Below, piece by piece: positions 57,201 through 64,000 of a stretch of 64,000 nt of DNA. How positions within the stretch are numbered: the stretch's first letter is position 1; each line of letters begins with the position of its first letter. This DNA comes from a virus, in the IMG/VR virus record IMGVR_UViG_3300033141_000124, positions 46,544 through 110,543 of that record. One strand, given 5' to 3'. The notes below the pieces were generated by a model that saw only the letters and a list, made by a program, of their open reading frames with translations, was not told where the DNA came from and ran no database searches. A program made the position numbers and the translations under genes.

Positions 57201-57670
57201 GATGCATTTTCCATTTTTCTTTTATCAATGGCTAGCTTCTGTAAACTTACATCAGGATCTACCTTCTGTCTTACTGCCTCATTACTACTACTTGCTAGTG
57301 TGTTATATTTTTTAATTGCATCATTAAATTTACCAGTCCACACCATATCATATACAACAGTATCATCTGAAAAAAATGGAGCAAACACTGACTTAGCTTG
57401 CTGTACATTTTGCTCTAAAGACAAATCCATACCTGCTATTAATTCTAATTGAGGTCCTATTTTTTCTGTATATTGTCTTTGGTATTCTTGACTATTAGGA
57501 TTAGTAAGATCAGAATATACTACTCTATTGTATAAATCATTTTGTGCTTTCCAGTTAGAATCATAAATGTTTTGACGTGCATCAAGTGTTGCTGTCAAAA
57601 ACTTATAGTCTGGAGTAAATGGTTTAATCTCCGGATAAAAATTCTTATGTCCTTTTATATATGTTGCCAT
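54287..57670 (-). CDS. Large virion/cargo protein
   Basis: 1127 aa, helical, immediately upstream of the vRNAP gene. Confidence 0.7.
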   Translation of the reverse strand: MATYIKGHKNFYPEIKPFTPDYKFLTATLDARQNIYDSNWKAQNDLYNRVVYSDLTNPNSQEYQRQYTEKIGPQLELIAGMDLSLEQNVQQAKSVFAPFFSDDTVVYDMVWTGKFNDAIKKYNTLASSSNEAVRQKVDPDVSLQKLAIDKRKMENASRTEILQQPLPELVLDADLVRNAQKFLSDLDPALTITQPVPNMIDTGKLDKNGQPILKANNDFIITQTNGALVEGEAYMQIMNSLYNDPRVQKYYNAKSYVQANNFAIEALEAGKVSTENQGLELWASETISRIDALNAEIQGQAEYEARLANQININWQNYAQTHGIVPGSLDEEAANQAETQAQQIQLQLDRIFNQKQFSESPDPDPTALYNKASALLANYNMDQDMREAARQFSMRGMKIEQEVNEYSLNKYKSDLELRAISARHKAAMKEQEDKYKREKDLKIFEQNLQNSMTAQMLDGSTSTDFGEANSFFVDSEGELLYKNNPLKIDELRMAKDGIALDNDMAAMVPDMIFNAGDKYLVDKGKGIYKIPAPHVDTKGQKQEYYEGTLQDIESFLNTKVKDDDDLDTDQFKNEEAIATIFGDAASYYKNSYNAHLENPGIALTNDFQSIYNKLFTAGNKEQAAGVYVRYNDYINNVKVAEEDKASKVNKITSSIEIKNSEAVAAGAPNSTDYLTKDEQDIRALYEVGFKPPLDEETGYMLSKDEYYNNMLTALQNGDIDPASAPALYGFLNNTNFINEISARKFGAAMMLSSSPVLMGDTDYMNKARETIVSEEIDEDKLRTVVDKIYDHYYNKVNELTSKTPSRTYFNNSRGINPSDPGANIAFNAVTSVNTKLLPKAGSNEDRFVGVMLGQINNSNAAVEGGDGWIGYTIADVDDITDMQPEGIDFREVDNRAAKYIWDQIITERKSKGKNSKVTFNASFFPTWGPEVIDKEGESTQQPYAAYQFSSFDDGFEKMILRDNKNYPDGVEQSDIKRILGNGFTYIFPRNQTIKSNPLRFQNVDRSASLIQRINRSESGSYTLPPQHPSPWFPEGYSNADFKFTKVGNDYYMEGVLRSYRADLSQFPNGFSEEIVPKTKIVSDLDMQLDNVLIAVDQQYSRNYQRYTAESQKAKSNREGQLNQVENQ

Positions 57671-57694
57671 AGTTCAAAATTAATATAATTAAAT

Positions 57695-60520
57695 TTAAAT
57701 TCCCATTTTCCCAGAATAAAACGGGTATGCAAATTTCTTAAGTTCTGTATTACCCCTTTTACCTTTTACAGTACTGTTAGGTGGATTGTTAGGTATCACG
57801 CTTGGAGCACCGGGATATGTTTGGTATGGGTTTTTCATATCATTAGGGTCTTCTTGATTATTTTGTTGACTACCTACAATAAATTCTAATAAATTAGTAT
57901 CTACTACACCATCTTTATTATATACCTCATTTTCATTCATCCAATTATATGTCTCTATAATTGCATCCCTTCTTCTTTCTGCAGCACTTGTTTGATCAGT
58001 TTGCATGAAAGGATTATTTATACCAGAAAAAACTCCCTTACCTGATTGAGTAGGATCTACTCTATACTGTGGTGGTCTTGCCATATTTAAATTAAAGGTG
58101 TTAGCTTGATTAGTAAGTAGATTATTCATTAGCTCAGTACTCTTTAATGTATCCCAGTTTTTAAAATCTGTAAATCTTTGTAAAGCTAAGTTAGTTCCTT
58201 CATCTTGATCCATTCTTAACTTTACATTTTGTAGATTATTTTCCATATCTAATCTAGCTTGCATTGGAGCTATTTGGTTTACAATACCAACATTATTAGT
58301 ATTCGTAGTATTAATAGCATTTTCACTAAGCTCAACAGCTTTACCTATATCTGCACCAGCTACACCTGACTTACCAGCAAAAGCACCAAGTTGTTGCAAC
58401 TTAGTATTTAAAGCTGCATTGATGTTATTTACTTTACCAGTATAATCATCTAGTACATAATCTATTTTTTGTCTTGGTATCTTTGGATTTACCGGTAGAA
58501 TTAATGGATTATCTAATTGATTTTGTGCATTGATTGCTAATACATCTTGTAACCATGGTTCTGGTTGTGGTGGAAGTGAAGGAATAAATAGTTTAGGATC
58601 TTCACCCTTTTCATCTAATACCTCAGCTGTTATCTCATTTGAACCAGGCTGATTTAAAAATCTTCTATCTCTATTAAATGTATGTAATCCTAATACACCA
58701 TCAAACTTTTCTCCTTGTCTTGTCCCTGGGAATAACTCTCTTTTTGGTAATCCATGTCTTTCATTAAAGGTATCATCAATAAGTTGCATGTTCTTTTGTA
58801 CTTGCAACCATTGCTTATGATACCTTGAGTTTGGATCTTCATCTAACTTTAAACCCCATTCAAAATCTTCTATTGGTGGTATAGTTACTGTCTCACCATT
58901 AGCACCTTCAAATGTTCCACCTTTCCATGCTTCTCCCCATCTTAGCTCAAAATCTTCTCTAAACACATCAGGCATAAGATCAGCTCCTGCACTATTAATT
59001 CCTGCTACTGGTTGTTTTGGATCTCTTTTTCTACCAGCTAAAATACCTGCTCTAAATGAAACATTAGGGTATTCTTCTACAATGCCTAATATTTCCTTTT
59101 CATCTGGTTTTAATATATCTATAGCTTTACTCTCATCTCCCTGTACTGTTTTTACCTCACTATCTAAAATCTCTACTCTTGGTGGTAAGTTTAGTTTATT
59201 AGGTACTTCTTCAAGTAATTTATAAGTAGTCTTTCTTTCAATCTTATCATGCTGTGGAATAATATCTATAACATACCCTCTATCTATAGCATCTTGAAAT
59301 TCTTGATATTGTGGATGGCCTTTTGGTAATGGATTTTTACGTTTACTATTATTATTATTTTCTATAGCTGGTGTATCATCAGTACTAGTAACATCCTCCT
59401 CAACAGTAACCTTATAGATATCATCTACAGGTTGTCCACTATTAAATCTTATTGCTAAACCTCTAGCTTGAGCTTTTGTCAAAGGAGGTGTCCCATCATC
59501 AAACTCCCATTTCTTAGTATCTTCATTCCATATAGGATCTTTAACATCATTAGGCCATGCTATACCTTGCTCTTTAGCATAGCTGCTTGCTGTCTGACCA
59601 CCTCTTTGAGCCATCATATCTTGTTGCATTTGTTGATTAGCCATAGCTAATTGTTGTTCACTAGCAACAGTAGGTTGTGGTGCATTAGTAGCACCAACCG
59701 GAGAGTACTCTATAAATTGATCTGGTTGAGGTGGTTGTGTCTGTTCAGCTTGTTGTATCATATTTTGTAAAGCTATAACTGCTTGTTGTTGTTCAGGCGG
59801 TAGGCTTTCCAATAAATTTAATTGTGCTTGCTTTTTAGATATCTCTTCTACCTTTGCAGTAAAGTCTATAGGATCAACACCCTGACTTTGTAAATATGGA
59901 TATGATGCTAAAGGTACACCATCTTCAAATTTCTTTTTAAGTTCTTGTCCATAAGCTAATTTAGACAAACTATTCATGTTTTTCTTTAACATAAGTTCTG
60001 CACTTAGTGTAGATATATCATCCGCATATTGATCATTGATTGCCCCAAGATAAGGATTTAAAGGATATTTTTTTGATATTTGGGCTGGTGTCTTTCTTTT
60101 ACCTGACTCAATACCAAACTCAGCCATCTCATCTTTGTTAAACTTTAATGCTGATGTGTCAGAATAGATAAAAGATTGCTCTGGTAAAAACATAGGTACA
60201 CCACCACTAGAGTGTCTTGGTCCATTAATATCATATAAACCAAATTGTCCGTTGTTATTTAAATCTGCTAGTACAGTCTCTCCTCCTTCTGCTTCTACAT
60301 TTGCATCTTCTCTTGGTACTCTGCTTAAACTATATCTAACATCATTGTCTAAGTTATTATTAAAATTAGTTTGACCATAGTATTCTTGTGGTGTTGTAAC
60401 TAAACCATAATCTACTTGATCACCAGTAGTACCACCATACTCTTTCTTAGCAACTTTCTGTACTTTACCATCAACTAACTCAAAGCCTTCTGGCAATTTA
60501 TTTATTTTTACTTTAGCCAT
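57695..60520 (-). CDS. Virion protein with EAEGGE/GPRHSSGG domain
   Basis: NVEAEGGETV...GPRHSSGGVP...FIYSD...KTPAQISKKY; Q-rich linker. Confidence 0.7.
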   Translation of the reverse strand: MAKVKINKLPEGFELVDGKVQKVAKKEYGGTTGDQVDYGLVTTPQEYYGQTNFNNNLDNDVRYSLSRVPREDANVEAEGGETVLADLNNNGQFGLYDINGPRHSSGGVPMFLPEQSFIYSDTSALKFNKDEMAEFGIESGKRKTPAQISKKYPLNPYLGAINDQYADDISTLSAELMLKKNMNSLSKLAYGQELKKKFEDGVPLASYPYLQSQGVDPIDFTAKVEEISKKQAQLNLLESLPPEQQQAVIALQNMIQQAEQTQPPQPDQFIEYSPVGATNAPQPTVASEQQLAMANQQMQQDMMAQRGGQTASSYAKEQGIAWPNDVKDPIWNEDTKKWEFDDGTPPLTKAQARGLAIRFNSGQPVDDIYKVTVEEDVTSTDDTPAIENNNNSKRKNPLPKGHPQYQEFQDAIDRGYVIDIIPQHDKIERKTTYKLLEEVPNKLNLPPRVEILDSEVKTVQGDESKAIDILKPDEKEILGIVEEYPNVSFRAGILAGRKRDPKQPVAGINSAGADLMPDVFREDFELRWGEAWKGGTFEGANGETVTIPPIEDFEWGLKLDEDPNSRYHKQWLQVQKNMQLIDDTFNERHGLPKRELFPGTRQGEKFDGVLGLHTFNRDRRFLNQPGSNEITAEVLDEKGEDPKLFIPSLPPQPEPWLQDVLAINAQNQLDNPLILPVNPKIPRQKIDYVLDDYTGKVNNINAALNTKLQQLGAFAGKSGVAGADIGKAVELSENAINTTNTNNVGIVNQIAPMQARLDMENNLQNVKLRMDQDEGTNLALQRFTDFKNWDTLKSTELMNNLLTNQANTFNLNMARPPQYRVDPTQSGKGVFSGINNPFMQTDQTSAAERRRDAIIETYNWMNENEVYNKDGVVDTNLLEFIVGSQQNNQEDPNDMKNPYQTYPGAPSVIPNNPPNSTVKGKRGNTELKKFAYPFYSGKMGI

Positions 60521-60522
60521 AA

Positions 60523-63120
60523 TTATAATATTTCAATGTCAGCACCAGCTGCTATTAATTGTGTAATCATATCTTGATCAAGATCTACAACTTGACCACC
60601 TCTTTGTTTTTTATCTTGTCCAGCCATTGCTGCTTTTATAACTCTATCTCTATTGGCAAGGTAAGCAGCTTCTCCTTTTTCACCACCTTCTCTAGAAAAT
60701 GTTCCACTAGGTTGTTGGAAAAAATTATCATAACCAGGTATTCTGCTTTTAGCACCACGGAACTGTCCTGTCATAGCATTCCAATTACCTAATAAACTAC
60801 CATCATCAGTCAATGTAGCAAATAAATTATCTGCAAAAAGATTTTCACCTCTATCTCTTTTTGCTTTATATGCTTCAACCTCATTACTAATAGCATTCCC
60901 TGCACTAGATAAGTTTACAATTCCATCAGATATTGCAGCAAACTGTTTCATAGCTGGACTATCCATAGCCATATCAATAGTACCTCCTATAGGATTTTTA
61001 ACTTTCATTTCAGGTAAATTTACTCTTGCTAATAATTCTTCTAAAGAAGGACCAGCATTAACTACTACCTCATCTAACTCTTCAACATCTATATCAAAAG
61101 GATTTGATCCTTGTGTTCCTGTAATCAAACTGTCCATAAAACTTTGATCATCCTGTTGTTGAGGTGTAGGTCCTAAATCTGGAAACCTTTGTTGTAATTG
61201 TAGATCAGCTATATTTTGCGTGTCTCTCATATAATCTGTTTGACCTGAAAACTGTCTTAGATAATCCTCAAAACTTGGAATGCCTCTTTGTGCCTTTGGT
61301 AATGAACCTCCTTCTTTAAATGTTAATGGAAAACCGGTAGTTATTACTTCATATTCCTCTTCACTCAAACCTAATGGATTCTTATCAGCATTTTCTAATA
61401 TCTCTTTAATATTAATTTGCTTCCCTTTTAACTTTCTTCTAGCTTCTGCCTCTCTTATATCTGCATCCAGTTCTGCTTCATCTCTTTCTTTTAATTTTTG
61501 TGTATAAGCTGCTTTATAATAATCTGCTAATGCTGCAATATTTTCTTCAGAATCATCTACCTCTACTTCATAATCATAATAAAGTGGTTTATTCATTTCA
61601 AAAAGATTTCTTTTTGCTGCAGTATCACGGAATACTCCTCTCTTTAATCCTGTTCTTGGATCCATTTGATTACCAAATAAATCTCCATAGACATTTAAAC
61701 CTGTCATTACTGCATTACCTATAGCACTTCCTGCTCCACCAAACATTCCTGCTATTATAGCATTCTGATCATATGAATTTGGATTATAACCTCCACCGTA
61801 ATAAGTAGGATGGTCTTTTAAAAATTGTTGTGAAAAATCTAAATCACCACCTTCTTCCCTTTTCATTATCTTATCTTGTACATAATCAGGTAATGCACGG
61901 AATCCTTCATTGTCTGGTTCACCACCTTCTTCTTTTGGTATAAGTCTCCCTAAATTATCTGCAGTACTACCTAGAAACTTTGCTAGTTTAGGCATTGCGT
62001 TTTTACCAAATTTTGATATCAGATTTTTTGCAATACCTCCACCAATAAATGTAGTAGGATCTGTTATCATATCAACTCCCAAACCAGCCCAAAAATTATC
62101 TACACCCAATGTTTCTGAAACTGGTGTTTGTGCCTTATCTTCATCTAAAATTGTAGTGTTATATAGATCTGGAACTATATCTTTAAAATTAAATTTACCA
62201 TCACCTAAACCACCTTCATCTCCTACACCTGGTATACCTGATATACCTTCTATACTTTCTCTAATTAATGCAGGAGCCATACCCAAAACTTGTAAGGCAT
62301 TATCTGCTATATACAAAGGATTTTGAGAGTTTTTTAAATGTTTCACAAGAAGATTATCATCTTCGTTTACAAAAGAAAATGTATGAGGAGTTATAATGTC
62401 CAAACCAGTCTGAGCAATCTTTTGCAGAGGTGTTTTTTCTGTTTCACCACCCGGTTGAAATACACCTCTACCTTTTAATATGTCTGCTTGTGTTACTACA
62501 CCATCTCCCGTAAGGTCTGGAAAAGTTTCTCCTCCATCTTCCTTCTTAAACTTAGCAGCATTACGTGCAAAGTTTGCCATCTTTACTATAGAAGGTGGAT
62601 ACTTATCTTTATTAGCTAATACTTTACGTGCAGCTTCTTGGACTCCCATACCTCTTGACTTAGCCCACTTTGTAAATTTACCTCTATTCTCTGGTTTGAT
62701 TTCTATACCTGACTTTCCAATAATATCAGTCTCAACACCTTCTAAAAAATCTGTAGGCATTTTTTCAAGCTCTTCATTTCTAGCTAGTAGTTGTGGATTA
62801 GCATTTACCTCTGATGCAGTAGATGGTGGTGCAGGTTGCATTCTTTCTTGTACTTGTTCAAACACAGAAAAAATATCTTGTTCTTGCATACCACCCATCA
62901 TAAGTGCCTGACTTATAAGCTGTTGATCATTTCCTTGTTCTGTCAAACTAACAACAACATCAATAATATCTTGACCACCTTGGACAGACATTTGAATTTG
63001 TTCAGTCATTTGCATAACAACAGGATCAACCTGTGGCTCATTTCTCATGCCTGGCTCTGTTGGAATCATTTGACCACCTTGCTGTTTTACACTTATTTTG
63101 TTTAAATTCACTTTGCTCAT
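60523..63120 (-). CDS. Mosaic internal virion protein with xxGG-delimited modules
   Basis: IEIKPENRGKFT...ANFARNA module; PDLTGDGVVTQADIL EF-hand-like loop; multiple xxGG motifs. Confidence 0.7.
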   Translation of the reverse strand: MSKVNLNKISVKQQGGQMIPTEPGMRNEPQVDPVVMQMTEQIQMSVQGGQDIIDVVVSLTEQGNDQQLISQALMMGGMQEQDIFSVFEQVQERMQPAPPSTASEVNANPQLLARNEELEKMPTDFLEGVETDIIGKSGIEIKPENRGKFTKWAKSRGMGVQEAARKVLANKDKYPPSIVKMANFARNAAKFKKEDGGETFPDLTGDGVVTQADILKGRGVFQPGGETEKTPLQKIAQTGLDIITPHTFSFVNEDDNLLVKHLKNSQNPLYIADNALQVLGMAPALIRESIEGISGIPGVGDEGGLGDGKFNFKDIVPDLYNTTILDEDKAQTPVSETLGVDNFWAGLGVDMITDPTTFIGGGIAKNLISKFGKNAMPKLAKFLGSTADNLGRLIPKEEGGEPDNEGFRALPDYVQDKIMKREEGGDLDFSQQFLKDHPTYYGGGYNPNSYDQNAIIAGMFGGAGSAIGNAVMTGLNVYGDLFGNQMDPRTGLKRGVFRDTAAKRNLFEMNKPLYYDYEVEVDDSEENIAALADYYKAAYTQKLKERDEAELDADIREAEARRKLKGKQINIKEILENADKNPLGLSEEEYEVITTGFPLTFKEGGSLPKAQRGIPSFEDYLRQFSGQTDYMRDTQNIADLQLQQRFPDLGPTPQQQDDQSFMDSLITGTQGSNPFDIDVEELDEVVVNAGPSLEELLARVNLPEMKVKNPIGGTIDMAMDSPAMKQFAAISDGIVNLSSAGNAISNEVEAYKAKRDRGENLFADNLFATLTDDGSLLGNWNAMTGQFRGAKSRIPGYDNFFQQPSGTFSREGGEKGEAAYLANRDRVIKAAMAGQDKKQRGGQVVDLDQDMITQLIAAGADIEIL

Positions 63121-63122
63121 AT

Positions 63123-63141
63123 TATATTATTAATATACAAA
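63123..63141 (-). promoter_or_regulatory. 19-bp motif copy (2 mismatches)
   Basis: + strand TATATTATTAATATACAAA, immediately upstream of ATG 63120. Confidence 0.55.
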
Positions 63142-63171
63142 TAATTAAGGAGATTCACTAATATTTAAGGT

Positions 63172-63999
63172 TTAAGAATTACCTGCTAGGTAAGTCATAA
63201 TATAATTAGGAACACTCATTCCTTTTTCCTTTGCATCTTTTAAATGTATTCTATTTAACTTATCATATACTTTTTCACTTCTTTCATCAGAAACCTTTCC
63301 GTTAATGTAGTCTTCATAAGTTTTAAGTATTTTGTTTTCACCACCTAAACGTTTAAAGTAAAGATCTCTTATTGATTTATACTTATCATTAGTTAAAGCA
63401 TCTTGGATATTCTCTTGGACACGTGGTCTTTTTTGAGTATTTTCTCCCTTCAATATCATCTTAATATATTTACTAGTCTCATCAGGTAAATCATCTATCC
63501 AGTCAAATGAATTATAAATATCTTTTCCATCTTCTCTAAACTTTCTAAAAAACCTTTCAGCTTTCTTAGGCCCTAAGCTATACCCTGCTAGAGTTTTTGC
63601 CAATCTTACGTCATCTAATTGATTTGGTTTATCAACCCATTCAGAATTATATATCCTATTCATATACCAGTTCTGAACATTGTAATTATCTTGAGGATTA
63701 AATGGATCTAATTCAGAAACTTTATTAGCTTTTTTATAATCTTCTATAACATCTTCCCCAATCTGCCCTAATCCCATATAACCTAGATTGTTTTTTATAG
63801 ATGGGTCTAACCTTGATTCTACATATGCTTGAGAAAATAATAATTCAGGAGTAATCCCAGAAGTTGATTGTGCTGGCATTGTTGGTTCAGGTGTAGGATA
63901 AATAAAAGGAGGCGGGTATGCTGGAGGTTTAAACTGAGTTCTATAGTATTCCCAATCTTCTTGTGTAAAAGGAAGTTGATATTCTCCTTCTTCTCCACC
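63172..63999 (-). CDS. Virion protein with lytic transglycosylase (SLT-like) domain; 5'-truncated by the window edge
   Basis: QAYVESRLDP (catalytic E), MGLGQI, LAGYSLGP, ETSKYI; frame stays open from ATG 63879 to the window end. Confidence 0.8.
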   Translation of the reverse strand, partial: GGEEGEYQLPFTQEDWEYYRTQFKPPAYPPPFIYPTPEPTMPAQSTSGITPELLFSQAYVESRLDPSIKNNLGYMGLGQIGEDVIEDYKKANKVSELDPFNPQDNYNVQNWYMNRIYNSEWVDKPNQLDDVRLAKTLAGYSLGPKKAERFFRKFREDGKDIYNSFDWIDDLPDETSKYIKMILKGENTQKRPRVQENIQDALTNDKYKSIRDLYFKRLGGENKILKTYEDYINGKVSDERSEKVYDKLNRIHLKDAKEKGMSVPNYIMTYLAGNS

Positions 64000-64000
64000 T

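Noticed and set aside
23056-63105. Numerous + strand ORFs opposite the tail fibre and giant virion genes
   Set aside because: Antisense shadows with S/L/I/F-rich composition typical of reverse-frame translation
1-64000. Stop-codon reassignment as in some crAss-like phages
   Set aside because: Standard code gives dense, uninterrupted ORFs up to 4491 aa, and TAG and TGA both end genes at coupled junctions
1-64000. tRNA, rRNA, CRISPR array, integrase, transposase or DGR reverse transcriptase
   Set aside because: None recognised by eye; intergenic gaps are short and show no regular repeat-spacer pattern (tRNAscan not run)

Overview
This 64 kb, AT-rich window is part of a lytic dsDNA phage genome of the crAss-like (Crassvirales-related) type, most likely infecting Bacteroidota/Flavobacteriia. 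Three things support this: a giant virion RNA polymerase with a DFDID motif, a class Id-type RNR, and TAnnTTTG host-type promoters. The left arm (1-21.9 kb, + strand) is a replication/recombination block: HNH, SF2 helicase, UNG, DnaB-like helicase, AAA_24 ATPase, SSB-like protein, primase, RusA-like resolvase, PD-(D/E)XK exonuclease, PolB, an SPL-like radical SAM enzyme, DUF932 and DUF5664. It also contains a five-gene vWA-peptidase/MoxR module with related partner proteins. The right arm (22-64 kb, mostly - strand) is the late block: tail fibre, small basic proteins, a holin, an inverted nrdBA pair, a four-gene envelope module with an outer-membrane beta-barrel, and very large virion proteins (1948, 4491, 1127, 941 and 865 aa) plus a lytic transglycosylase. 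The most notable observations are: the MoxR/vWA/BRCT-like module; the OMP-lipoprotein-TM-thioredoxin operon; an xxGG motif shared across late proteins; an unannotated 28-aa CDGSH protein; a 19-bp candidate late promoter; and a clamp-binding tail on PolB. All calls come from motif recognition by eye; no database searches were run.
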